From a virus: a DNA stretch of 64,000 bases. The translations under genes and the position numbers were made by a program. Shown here piece after piece: positions 31,367 through 40,871 of this stretch. The DNA is taken from the IMG/VR virus record IMGVR_UViG_3300032229_000759, positions 32,001-96,000 of that record; one strand, written 5' to 3'. Each line of letters starts with the position of its first letter. Position 1 is the first letter of the stretch. The notes below the pieces were generated by a model. The model had not been told where the DNA came from and ran no database searches. It saw only the letters and a list, made by a program, of their open reading frames with translations.

Positions 31367-31394
31367 ATTATAGGAACCGACGGCCAAGCGTCAA
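31367..31394 (-). promoter_or_regulatory. Sigma70-type promoter for ssb
   Basis: TTGACG-16 nt-TATAAT on the - strand, followed by AAGGAG and the ssb ATG. Confidence 0.7.
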
Positions 31395-33016
31395 GTTTTC
31401 GGAATATACGTTTTTTCAACTATGAGAGAGTCTCCAGACTTCGATCTGTTACCCTTTACTATAACTACGTTGCCTTCAAACAACGTATTTCTATATAGTT
31501 TGTACGACTCTGGAAAGAAAACAACAGAATCAACAGAGCCTGTGCCGTCACTCATTGTTACGAAAGCCATCTCTAGTCCAGGAGTTTTGCCCGACTTTGT
31601 TTTAGTAACACTGATGGCTTCTATTTCTCCGCATAATATAAGATTGTCTTTAATCATGCCATTCTTAAAATCTTTACACGTAATATTAGTCATACTTATA
31701 TCATACATGTCTACCTTAGAGCAGGTCATACTGCACCCTAAAGTTTCATCCTCTATATCGGATATCCAATCAGGATTATCTTCTAGAGCGTATGGTGGCT
31801 TATTGAAATTATTAATTAAGCCTAAAATTATATTTTTACGATTCTTGTTTGATTTACCATTATGATATAAATCATATAGTGCATCCCCCAAACTTTTGTA
31901 TTTATGTGTTTTATCTGTGATAAAAGAACATTCTTTTTTAGTTAGTTCTGACATTAAATTAAATTCAAATAACATAGAAGATCTATTTTTATTGAGATAA
32001 GAAAGAGCTCCTGCTTGTATGAGAGCTTTTGCCGATGTAGAATTAATGTTTAATAATACTTTCATCAGCATATCTATCCATGTCATAAGATCAAAATCTA
32101 AAAATTGTTCATCTTTTAATTTAATGAGTTTGTCGAATACGGACTTACCGAAACCTTTAATATCTGTTAGTCCAAAATAAATTTTTTCATTCTTTAATAT
32201 AAAATACTGATTCATGTTTCTAATGTCTGGCAGCCGCACAGAAACATCCATCTCATTAGCATTCTGTACTAATTCCTTGATTTCTGCTTTTGGGTCTATT
32301 TTATCTTTAGCAAATCTCAAATAGGCCGCAAAAAAAATTCTTGGAAAGTGAGCTTTTGTGTAAGCTGATAAATAACTATTAACAGCATAACTAACCGCAT
32401 GACTTTTATTAAAGGAATATCTTTGAGATTTTTCTATCCATCCGAAAATTTCTTCTGCTTGTGACGATGATACTAGATTTGCTTTTTGTGAGCCCTCTAT
32501 AAATTTAATTTTAATTTTAGCCATTTCTTCTGGTTTTTTCTTACCGATGGCCTTACGCAACATGTCTGCTTCTTGCAAATTAAACCCGGCTACAACTCTG
32601 GCAATTTCCATCGCCTGTTCTTGATAAATCATCTCTCCGTATGTAGTTTTTAAAACAGGTTCTAAAACTGAGTGGTAATAATCCACTGATTCTAGTCCAT
32701 TCTTTTTATCTATATAATGATTAGAAACTGTTTTTCCATCTCTAACAGCCTCTAAACATCCGGGTCTCAAAATACTAATAAGAGCAGAAAGCTGCTCCAT
32801 GTTTTGGGGTTTTAATTTTTTAGCCATAGACTTACCAAGCCTAGACTCTAGCTGAAAACACCCCTTGGTATTACCGTCTGATATAAGATCCCAAGTTCTT
32901 TGACAATCTAGATCAATGTTTTCTATTTTTGGATCAAAAATCAATTGCGTGATCTTATCTCCATCCAAAGACACATTAAAAGAACATCCGCAAGGATACT
33001 GAAATTTTTTCGACAT
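31391..33016 (-). CDS. dnaE: DNA polymerase III alpha subunit, C-terminal half (fingers, HhH, OB)
   Basis: GCFQLES, LRPG, YQEQ, ADMLRKAIGKK, YSFNKSHAVSYA, FGLTDIKGFG, MAFVTMSDGTG. Confidence 0.93.
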   Translation of the reverse strand: MSKKFQYPCGCSFNVSLDGDKITQLIFDPKIENIDLDCQRTWDLISDGNTKGCFQLESRLGKSMAKKLKPQNMEQLSALISILRPGCLEAVRDGKTVSNHYIDKKNGLESVDYYHSVLEPVLKTTYGEMIYQEQAMEIARVVAGFNLQEADMLRKAIGKKKPEEMAKIKIKFIEGSQKANLVSSSQAEEIFGWIEKSQRYSFNKSHAVSYAVNSYLSAYTKAHFPRIFFAAYLRFAKDKIDPKAEIKELVQNANEMDVSVRLPDIRNMNQYFILKNEKIYFGLTDIKGFGKSVFDKLIKLKDEQFLDFDLMTWIDMLMKVLLNINSTSAKALIQAGALSYLNKNRSSMLFEFNLMSELTKKECSFITDKTHKYKSLGDALYDLYHNGKSNKNRKNIILGLINNFNKPPYALEDNPDWISDIEDETLGCSMTCSKVDMYDISMTNITCKDFKNGMIKDNLILCGEIEAISVTKTKSGKTPGLEMAFVTMSDGTGSVDSVVFFPESYKLYRNTLFEGNVVIVKGNRSKSGDSLIVEKTYIPKT

Positions 33017-33019
33017 ATA

Positions 33020-33709
33020 TTAGGACCCAAAAGAATCTTTAAACTTTATTTTTTGACTCAGATTTCTGTGCAACTTAAGGAAACGAATTAATATTTCTGC
33101 ACAATCTTTTACATCTTTTAGAGCGTCGTGAGCCCCTAATTTAGATATGCCTAAATAATCTCTAAGAGTATCTAGTGATAAATTTTTGACATCATTATTG
33201 TTTTCAAACCAATAAAAGACCAAATTCATAATATCTAAAACATCTCGTGGATAAAAAATATCTGATCTGTCTTCTTTATTCACATTACCATATTTACGAC
33301 TCAAGCGATCTATAATAGGCAAATCAAACCTATTGATATTATATCCCGCAGCGATAGGAGCGCTGAACTGACTCTTTTTAGATGATCGAGTATGATGCAT
33401 CATTAAATAATTGGTAAACAATTTCCATGATTGATCTTGTATTGGATATTCTTTCCACTCAGATAAAATTTGTTCTTTGGTTGATCCTCTGACCTTAGCA
33501 TGAAAATCCAGAATATCCGTTTCATAAACATAATTATCATTTTTTTCTAACACTTCTGGCTTAAAAAAGATATTAAATTCTGAATTAGGCACAATTTCCA
33601 ACTTAATAGGATCAACAATAACAGCGGCTATTTGTACTGGACTACAACCCCTGGGATCCGAGCCATCAGTTTCAAAATCAAAAACACATATTTTATTATA
33701 GTTAATCAT
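33020..33709 (-). CDS. DEDDh 3'-5' exonuclease (DnaQ/epsilon-like)
   Basis: VFDFETDG (ExoI), GYNINRFD (ExoII), HDALKD (ExoIII). Confidence 0.88.
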   Translation of the reverse strand: MINYNKICVFDFETDGSDPRGCSPVQIAAVIVDPIKLEIVPNSEFNIFFKPEVLEKNDNYVYETDILDFHAKVRGSTKEQILSEWKEYPIQDQSWKLFTNYLMMHHTRSSKKSQFSAPIAAGYNINRFDLPIIDRLSRKYGNVNKEDRSDIFYPRDVLDIMNLVFYWFENNNDVKNLSLDTLRDYLGISKLGAHDALKDVKDCAEILIRFLKLHRNLSQKIKFKDSFGS

Positions 33710-33897
33710 TAAGCATTCTCTATTTTTTCTACTTGAATTAGCGGCAGCACCTGTATTTTTTGGTCAGAATTAGCAGTTACACAAGCATTAAAACATGTAC
33801 AACAACTTACTCTTTCTTCTGGTGTTTTAACATATTCTATACCATTCATTTTAAATTTAGAACCAACTTCTAGGTCCATAAACTTAACCGTACTCAT
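33709..33897 (-). CDS. Small hypothetical protein (62 aa, SCCTC motif)
   Basis: Fills the gap between dnaE-N and the exonuclease; AGGAG Shine-Dalgarno upstream; TAATG coupling downstream. Confidence 0.6.
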   Translation of the reverse strand: MSTVKFMDLEVGSKFKMNGIEYVKTPEERVSCCTCFNACVTANSDQKIQVLPLIQVEKIENA

Positions 33898-33900
33898 ATT

Positions 33901-35775
33901 CTATTCTCCTTTATTAAGCATGTCTGTTATTGTCATAATTTTATCCAACATCGCTACGCCAAGAATATCGAATTTTATAATTCCCAGAGATTCTAGGTCT
34001 TGCATCTCCATTCCGGCTATCATCTGATCGTTTTTTGAATCGTATACCATAGGACATAGGGTGTTTAGTGATTGGGCACTTATTGCTATGCCAGCGGCGT
34101 GTTTGGATTGATTAGACTTGGTGCCCTCTAATCTTATAGCCTGTTCAAATCTTTTAGCAAGCGGCCCCTGTAGTTCATTATTATCGTCAATATAACACCA
34201 TTCTTTGAGTTTTTCTGGCTCATTCTCTAAAGCCCACCTAATAATAGAGGCTTCCCCAGTCTCCTCTTTCATTTCTTGAAGATCGTCCGCTATTTTAGCT
34301 TCGTCTGGAATTCCCTTAGTAATTTTATTCATTTCTTCAAATGAGATATTGCCGTAAACTCTAAGAACATCTTTTATAGCGCCTCGGCCTTTAATAGTAT
34401 TGAAAGTAATCATTTGAGATACTTTGTCATGACCATAACACGTTTTAATATATTCAATAATGTTTTCTCTTTTATTGATAGGTACGTCTACGTCGATATC
34501 GGGCATGGAAATATGATCTTTACTATTTCTACCAGCATTATAAAATCTATCAAATAAAAGATTATACTTTAATGGGTCTATACTGGTAATACCAATAAGA
34601 TATGAAACTAAACAACCAGCAGCACTACCTCTACCTGGGCCGGGTAGCCAATTATTTTTTCTTACATAGTCCACTATATCTTGCACAATTAAAAAGTAAC
34701 TAGACAGCCCGGCTCCTTGTAGTACTTCTAGTTCATATTTAATTCTATCGACATAAGATACTTGTAATTCTTTATCTATGGCTGGCGCTATTTTATTCTT
34801 CCATCCGTGGCGACATAGTTCTCTCAAGTATTCATCAGCAGACATATTATTAGGACAGGCAAATGGGGGCAGATTTGGCTTACTGAGTATGTTGTATTCT
34901 TCGCACATATCAGTTATAATTCTGGTATTTTCTATTTCTTCTTCTGTGTGCAAAAAATTCATTTCTTCTTGGGATAGTATATGAAAATTATCCGAAGTAA
35001 AAAAACAGCCTAGCGGAACTTCTTCGTCATTACTAATTTTTCTGCTAATTTCCGGAAAAGTTGTTTTAAGATTATTGCATAATAAAACTCTTTGATCCAC
35101 AGCATCTTCTTTACGACAATAATGGGCGTCTGGGGTGCCGATAATTTTTGTATTAGTAAGCTTACTTAGCTCTCTAATAGCATCCGTTAAAATAATCTGT
35201 AATGGAGTATTTTCTTTATCCATTAATTGGGCTTCTAGAAAGAAATTCTCTTTACCAAATACATTTTGTAACTTACCGATTTCTGTTAATCCAACAGTCT
35301 TCCAATCGGGTATAAGCTGATTCTCATGTGTTATTTTATCTGCTAAGTAAGAGCCTAGATGGCCACAAAACCCAATAATATTGCCAGTTAATAATGAGCC
35401 CAAAGTTTCTAAATTAATTCTAGGTTTGTGATAGAAAAAATCTGGACGATTACTTTCTGAAACTATTTTAATGAGATCCTGCCAACCGGCGTAATTTTTT
35501 GCTAAAACAAGAAAGTGACTTAGGTTTTTGTTTTCTTTAGATTGATCTGTAGGGTCTCCATCACACAAATATAACTCACAACCCAAAATAGGTTTAATAT
35601 TTTGTTTCTTCATTTCTGCATAGAACTTAACAGCTCCGGCTATATTTCCGTGGTCTGTTAGGGCACAAGCTGAGGCCCCTATCTCTATGCATCGTTGTGC
35701 AATATCTTTGGGTTGTGGTAGGCCGTCCAATAAGCTGTATGTAGAGTGACAATGGAGGGGATTATAGGTTTTCAT
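33901..35775 (-). CDS. dnaE: DNA polymerase III alpha subunit, N-terminal half (PHP + palm)
   Basis: LHCHSTYSLLDG, TDHG, GPGRGSAAG, MPDIDVD, HAAG, KFDILG. Confidence 0.95.
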   Translation of the reverse strand: MKTYNPLHCHSTYSLLDGLPQPKDIAQRCIEIGASACALTDHGNIAGAVKFYAEMKKQNIKPILGCELYLCDGDPTDQSKENKNLSHFLVLAKNYAGWQDLIKIVSESNRPDFFYHKPRINLETLGSLLTGNIIGFCGHLGSYLADKITHENQLIPDWKTVGLTEIGKLQNVFGKENFFLEAQLMDKENTPLQIILTDAIRELSKLTNTKIIGTPDAHYCRKEDAVDQRVLLCNNLKTTFPEISRKISNDEEVPLGCFFTSDNFHILSQEEMNFLHTEEEIENTRIITDMCEEYNILSKPNLPPFACPNNMSADEYLRELCRHGWKNKIAPAIDKELQVSYVDRIKYELEVLQGAGLSSYFLIVQDIVDYVRKNNWLPGPGRGSAAGCLVSYLIGITSIDPLKYNLLFDRFYNAGRNSKDHISMPDIDVDVPINKRENIIEYIKTCYGHDKVSQMITFNTIKGRGAIKDVLRVYGNISFEEMNKITKGIPDEAKIADDLQEMKEETGEASIIRWALENEPEKLKEWCYIDDNNELQGPLAKRFEQAIRLEGTKSNQSKHAAGIAISAQSLNTLCPMVYDSKNDQMIAGMEMQDLESLGIIKFDILGVAMLDKIMTITDMLNKGE

Positions 35776-36815
35776 TCAGAGCTTCCGGGTGCTTTGTAGT
35801 GTCCTATACTATAGCCTGGAGTTTGGTATTCGTCAATCACAGCTTTTATCCCCTTTAGGTCTGTGTCGTGTTTTACTTGTTCACACTTGGTCATATATTG
35901 GTCTTTAGGGATTAGTTGACCATCTCTATATTCTAGAATTGGCAGTATGGAAGTATTGGCAAAAGTGGTTTTACCAAAATGACACAACTTGTTACATTTC
36001 CAGCTTTTGTTTAATTGTGGTCTTTGTGTATTTTTAATAATTTCAAATTTTTCTTTAATCATTAATTCTGTTTTATATAAGTCGCTCTTATCAAAACAAA
36101 TAGAAAATACTCCGCCATCATTAATGAAATTAATAGATATCATCACATGATCTATTTCTGGATACAAATGCTGTATAGCATAATGATACATTCTTAACTG
36201 TGGATCATTTTGTAGTTTTTGATGTGTTTTTTCTTCTCCGGTTGCCCAGTCTAATCTTCTTCCTGTTTTCCAGTCTATTACTTCTAGAGTCTTGTCGTTA
36301 ACCTTGGTAATTAAGTCTATAGTGCCCTTAATAGCTAAATTACCCTCTAGTATACCTTCTTTAGTATCATATTTATAATATGACCATGGTTTTTTAATTT
36401 CTATATCAAAATGTTGTTCAGGCTCTACGATATGTCGATTTCTCGGATCAAACATTCCATTGTTATACGTTAGTGCTTTGTGTACCCAGGTATGACAATC
36501 TTTATAGTCTTTAATATCCCATTCGTGATGTGTAAACTTGCTAGTATAATACTTATATATTTTTTCTGTAATAGTATCTAAATTATATTTTTCAATATTA
36601 ACCTCTCCAATAATATCGTCTACAAAACTTTTATTTTTATTTTGTTCAGTCAGTTTGATAAAAGCTAAAATCTCTAAAACCTTATGGCATATGGTTCCCT
36701 TGTCTGCTTTTTTATTGGACGGCGATCTTATTCCTAATATATATTCGAAAAAATATTGTTGTGGGCACATAGAGTGGGTGCCATAACTAGATGATCTAAG
36801 ATAGGTTATTATCAT
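35772..36815 (-). CDS. PD-(D/E)xK nuclease, Cas4/AddB-like
   Basis: N-terminal CP..Y, GTICH, GTIDLI, IDWKTG, QLRMY, C-terminal C..LC..C. Confidence 0.8.
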   Translation of the reverse strand: MIITYLRSSSYGTHSMCPQQYFFEYILGIRSPSNKKADKGTICHKVLEILAFIKLTEQNKNKSFVDDIIGEVNIEKYNLDTITEKIYKYYTSKFTHHEWDIKDYKDCHTWVHKALTYNNGMFDPRNRHIVEPEQHFDIEIKKPWSYYKYDTKEGILEGNLAIKGTIDLITKVNDKTLEVIDWKTGRRLDWATGEEKTHQKLQNDPQLRMYHYAIQHLYPEIDHVMISINFINDGGVFSICFDKSDLYKTELMIKEKFEIIKNTQRPQLNKSWKCNKLCHFGKTTFANTSILPILEYRDGQLIPKDQYMTKCEQVKHDTDLKGIKAVIDEYQTPGYSIGHYKAPGSSE

Positions 36816-37405
36816 ATATGGTTTTTATTCACGAGGGTGGACAGGAAGGAAAAGACAATTTGAGTTTGTTGTTTTATGTCTATGGTATTATTATCTATAA
36901 TAAGATCAAAATTGTTAGAGTCATAATTTTCTGGATCTAATGCAATTTCGCTCGAATGAGTAGAATGATAAGGATTACGAGTTAATTTGATAACATATCC
37001 CCCTGCTGATTTGACCGCTTCAACCTCGTTGGGGAACCTACAATCTGCAATAATAGCGACCTCTGGCTGTTCTAAAACGATTTTTTTAATGGTTGCGCCT
37101 GCCCACACATCATTTTTTAATGTGCGGAAAATATCGGTTCCCACGAATTGCATCACTTCTCTCGCCGTAAGGTTGGTATTATTCCAATACATATTGGTCA
37201 ATGTGTTTTTATCTATATCATCTCCATAACACTGACTATGTGTCATCCCCAATATATTCATACATATATCTTGTTTTAGCGGATCGGCAAAGTTGTAAAT
37301 TTTACCAGATAAATTTATCTGTTCTTTAAAAAAATATAGACTAGCTTCTGCACAAGTTGTTTTGCCAGATTGTTTTCTTCCGGCAAAAGCTATAATATAT
37401 GTCAT
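36812..37405 (-). CDS. Deoxynucleoside monophosphate kinase
   Basis: AGRKQSGKTT, FADPLK, REVMQFVGTD, IADCRFPNE. Confidence 0.88.
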   Translation of the reverse strand: MTYIIAFAGRKQSGKTTCAEASLYFFKEQINLSGKIYNFADPLKQDICMNILGMTHSQCYGDDIDKNTLTNMYWNNTNLTAREVMQFVGTDIFRTLKNDVWAGATIKKIVLEQPEVAIIADCRFPNEVEAVKSAGGYVIKLTRNPYHSTHSSEIALDPENYDSNNFDLIIDNNTIDIKQQTQIVFSFLSTLVNKNHI

Positions 37406-38553
37406 ATAATACCTTTTAAAAACTCCTTAATTTCTGTGTTAATTTGTTCACAGGACATTTCTCCAACATCGTTGGCGCTAATTGTTGGTACAAAAATACG
37501 ATATGTGTTTTTGCATTTGTTTTTTATTTGTTCTGCTGCTTTACGCCCCGCTTCATCATTATCGGTCAAGATTACTAGTGTCATTGCTCCAGAAGAATCC
37601 AAAATAATTTTTTGTCTATCGCTTAAAGAAGAACCAAACATAGCAACACTATTATGTATGCCATTTTCTTCTAGTCTCCACACATTGCCAGGGCTTTCTA
37701 CAATAAGTGCTGTGGCTGTCGCTTTAATATTCTCTTTAGCAAACCAAAAATTATATAAACAATTTTGGCTTTTAAAGTTAGCACTATGTTTCCATTTTGG
37801 ATTTTGCCATCTTTTTTCTTCATCGGGACAAACATTGTTGCTGTCATGATAACAATCGCAGTTATTACATTTGTCAAATAAACTCCTACCAGAACAGCCT
37901 ATCATATATTTATAGTCGTTGTCATATATAGGCACAACTACTCTATTATACATTTCTTTATCTGGCTTGTTGCAAACCCCGACGTCGTATTTATCTAGTG
38001 TGTCTAGCGAATAATTTCTATTAATATAATATTCTGCGGGCCTGATTAAAGAATTTCTAACCTGATTTCTGGTAGGAAATTTAGTAGAATTTTCTTTAGG
38101 GGTAGTATTAATATAATTGACTACGCTAGTAAACAGTCTTTTATCTTTTTCTACCTTAGAAATTTTGATGTGTGATATGTCTTTTTTAATAAACGCTAGA
38201 GCAAAATCTATGGCTTCATCAAATGAACACGCTTTGTCCCCATTTTTTTCCCATTTATACTTTTGATGAGAAATAATACCTCTTAAAAAACCGAGCACGG
38301 AACCCTTAAAAATTTTCTCACAGCCATGTGTTCTGCATTTCCAGTTACCCCTATAAGTATCGCCCTCTGGATATAAATTCACAGCAGATATATTATCTCC
38401 ACCGTGTATGGGACAAGCCATAGAAATCATTTTATTATTTGATCTATACTCTATTTCAAACAAATCTAAAAGAGCGTGTATATTGTCACACACTTCGTCG
38501 CAAACTATCTTAAGTTTTGCTTGATCATTCAAAAGGGATTTCTTCACTTGCAT
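37402..38553 (-). CDS. DNA primase (CHC2 zinc finger + Toprim)
   Basis: CPIHGGDN..WKCRTHGC; VESPGNV; LTDNDEAG; likely start ATG 38553. Confidence 0.85.
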   Translation of the reverse strand: MQVKKSLLNDQAKLKIVCDEVCDNIHALLDLFEIEYRSNNKMISMACPIHGGDNISAVNLYPEGDTYRGNWKCRTHGCEKIFKGSVLGFLRGIISHQKYKWEKNGDKACSFDEAIDFALAFIKKDISHIKISKVEKDKRLFTSVVNYINTTPKENSTKFPTRNQVRNSLIRPAEYYINRNYSLDTLDKYDVGVCNKPDKEMYNRVVVPIYDNDYKYMIGCSGRSLFDKCNNCDCYHDSNNVCPDEEKRWQNPKWKHSANFKSQNCLYNFWFAKENIKATATALIVESPGNVWRLEENGIHNSVAMFGSSLSDRQKIILDSSGAMTLVILTDNDEAGRKAAEQIKNKCKNTYRIFVPTISANDVGEMSCEQINTEIKEFLKGII

Positions 38554-39982
38554 TTTGTTCTTCAACAATAAAGCCATCTGATGTTCTTCCTCTATTATTA
38601 GCAACTTCCAATTTAGTTCTACCTTCGGTAATCTTGGCACACCAGCCTTGCATATGACAATTTATATAATCGTTGTCATCCAAGCCTCCGCCATGCCTAC
38701 TAATTAATGGTATTAGTTTACGATTGCCATTATCCGGACCATCTTCCGCAATTTCCTCTGGCGTTTTTCTTTTAAATATACTGAAATTACTACACAGCCA
38801 TATAATTCTATCTGAGCCACTCGCCGTATCGGTGCTTTCTTTGGTTATACCGTCTCTGTTTAACTGTATAAAGGCTACTATTGGCACTTTGTATCTAACA
38901 GCAAAGTTATGCAATGATGTCATCATAAAACCAAGAATTTGATATTCCTTTAAGTCTTGGCTCATACCAGCACTATCCATAAGTTTAAGATAATCATAAA
39001 AAATAACGCAGTCTTTAGCTGTTCCATCATCTTTAAGACCAACTTCTTTTAGAAGCCAGCGTCTCATAATAGCTAGCTGATCTTCAAAGGGCTTGCCCGC
39101 TATGCTTTTGTGATATAGGGGCGTTTTGGCTAATAGACGAGAAGCTGATATTAGTTTGTTTTTTTTGTCTGGAGAATCTGCAAACTTACCAGTTTCTATA
39201 GTGTTGATTTCAATCTCTGTCATCATTGCTAAGATACGATTAATATGGTCCTCTTTATTCATTTCGGTATCCATATTAAGTACAGGTACGCCCAGTTTTG
39301 CTATATTATAACCTAAATTATCCGATAATAAAGTCTTACCAGTTTTGGGTCTAGCTGCTATTACATTAACCGTGCCTCTTCTTAGACCTCCGCCAATAGA
39401 TTGATCATAGGCCGGAAATCCAGTGGGAATACCCACTTGATCAATGGGATTAGATTCCAAAGCCAGAATATATTCCTCTATGTTTTCGCCAATAGTTACC
39501 GGATGATTATCTGTATCATTTAACAAGGAGGTGAAATTAAAAATAGTTTCTTCTGCTATTCCTAAAATAGACCCTACAGGCTCTGTGCCATTAACATCCA
39601 AGATTTTTTCTTGTGCTAGTTCCAGCTGTTTACGCAATAGCCTAGCAATTTCTAATTTTCTGATTTTAGCTGCAAATTTTCTAACATTATCTAGACTAAC
39701 AGGAAAATCCATAATAGCCTTCAAGTGTTGGGTTTCTTCTTTTTTTGTAATTATATGAGAAAAACCCAGCTCTTCTGCCACAGAAAATATAGTTGCTATA
39801 TCTATACTTGGCTTTTGTTCTCTTTCACAAACTGTTTTTAGACATTTAAATATAATAGCATTACTATCTATAGTAAAAGAGGTGTCTTGAATAATATCCG
39901 CTATGTCCAAATACGCCACTTCGCCATAATTGCAAATGCCAGATAAAACGGCGCGTTCTGCGGCCACATCACATAAAATCAT
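38525..39982 (-). CDS. dnaB: Replicative DNA helicase
   Basis: AERAVL, GIPTGF..D, AARPKTGKT, DTEM, DYLKLM, QLNR. Confidence 0.92.
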   Translation of the reverse strand: MILCDVAAERAVLSGICNYGEVAYLDIADIIQDTSFTIDSNAIIFKCLKTVCEREQKPSIDIATIFSVAEELGFSHIITKKEETQHLKAIMDFPVSLDNVRKFAAKIRKLEIARLLRKQLELAQEKILDVNGTEPVGSILGIAEETIFNFTSLLNDTDNHPVTIGENIEEYILALESNPIDQVGIPTGFPAYDQSIGGGLRRGTVNVIAARPKTGKTLLSDNLGYNIAKLGVPVLNMDTEMNKEDHINRILAMMTEIEINTIETGKFADSPDKKNKLISASRLLAKTPLYHKSIAGKPFEDQLAIMRRWLLKEVGLKDDGTAKDCVIFYDYLKLMDSAGMSQDLKEYQILGFMMTSLHNFAVRYKVPIVAFIQLNRDGITKESTDTASGSDRIIWLCSNFSIFKRKTPEEIAEDGPDNGNRKLIPLISRHGGGLDDNDYINCHMQGWCAKITEGRTKLEVANNRGRTSDGFIVEEQNASEEIPFE

Positions 39983-40006
39983 ACAAATATTCCTGTATCC
40001 TTTTTA

Positions 40007-40387
40007 TTAACCCGCTGTTCCTGAACACCTGTTACACTTATATCTATCTAGAGAATCGGTAATCAAAACAGGATTAACTTCTTCTTTTTTCCCGCACACC
40101 CTGCAAGAAACCTTAATTAGTTTAAATTTTCTAGCCCTTGGCACAGGAGGCTGAGTCGCTAATTTTTTATCAACTTCTACATCTTCTTTGTGCATTCGTC
40201 TTTCTGGCATATCGTCAAACTTATTACGACTATGTGATACGTCGTTGGTTTTTATATTATTGTTTGTAGGATTAGTCACGGCTTCATGATCTTTTGTCTC
40301 AGTTTTAGTTTCTTGGGGAGGAAGCATAGACTGTAACATTTGAATCATTTGCTGAATTTGCTGAGGATTTAAACTTATATTATCCAT
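40007..40387 (-). CDS. Hypothetical protein with C-terminal zinc ribbon
   Basis: CRVCG and YKCNRC. Confidence 0.55.
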   Translation of the reverse strand: MDNISLNPQQIQQMIQMLQSMLPPQETKTETKDHEAVTNPTNNNIKTNDVSHSRNKFDDMPERRMHKEDVEVDKKLATQPPVPRARKFKLIKVSCRVCGKKEEVNPVLITDSLDRYKCNRCSGTAG

Positions 40388-40871
40388 ATTTAGTACTCTT
40401 AATTTTTTGAATTGATAATAAAATGTCCGATAGATTCTTCATAGAATTAGCTAAATAAGACAGTCTATCAGTTCTCTGTTTAGCATAGATTTTTATTTTA
40501 TTGAGAGCCTGGGCCTTATCATTATGCTTAATAGCCTGATTAGATTTTTCTATGTATCCATAGCCTTTATAGTTGTTGATATCATCTGCTATAGCAGCTT
40601 TAGTGTTTTCGTCGGCCCAATTGTGTCTGGCTATTTCTCTATTAATGGTTCTTTGTATATGAAAAGAAAATTGACCAAGCCTATAGGAAATTTGTCCACA
40701 GTCTTCTGGTGTTAATTTTTCCAGCTCGTCCCTGCTCATCGTCAAATAACCATTGAGTTCCTGTTCAGATAATACGCCGGGATTGTATTTGGGCAAGCCG
40801 AGTTGATTTTCGTACTCGTCTAATAGAACATCCCAATCCTGTAGTTCTTCTTTAGCTGTTTTGGTGCTCAT
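40380..40871 (-). CDS. Helical protein, possibly a UvsY-like recombination mediator
   Basis: Coiled-coil pattern, two genes downstream of recA; likely start ATG 40871. Confidence 0.4.
   Translation of the reverse strand: MSTKTAKEELQDWDVLLDEYENQLGLPKYNPGVLSEQELNGYLTMSRDELEKLTPEDCGQISYRLGQFSFHIQRTINREIARHNWADENTKAAIADDINNYKGYGYIEKSNQAIKHNDKAQALNKIKIYAKQRTDRLSYLANSMKNLSDILLSIQKIKSTKYG

Noticed and set aside
30988-31865. Antisense + strand ORFs of 145 and 147 aa over ssb and dnaE-C
   Set aside because: Mirror frames of well-supported genes with no protein-like motifs.
33016-33901. Split intein or self-splicing intron interrupting dnaE
   Set aside because: No intein termini, and the interval is fully occupied by two coupled ORFs, leaving no room for intron RNA structure.
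35772-36815. Cas4-like gene as a sign of a CRISPR-Cas system
   Set aside because: No repeat-spacer array or other cas genes; solo Cas4/AddB-like nucleases are common in phage replication modules.
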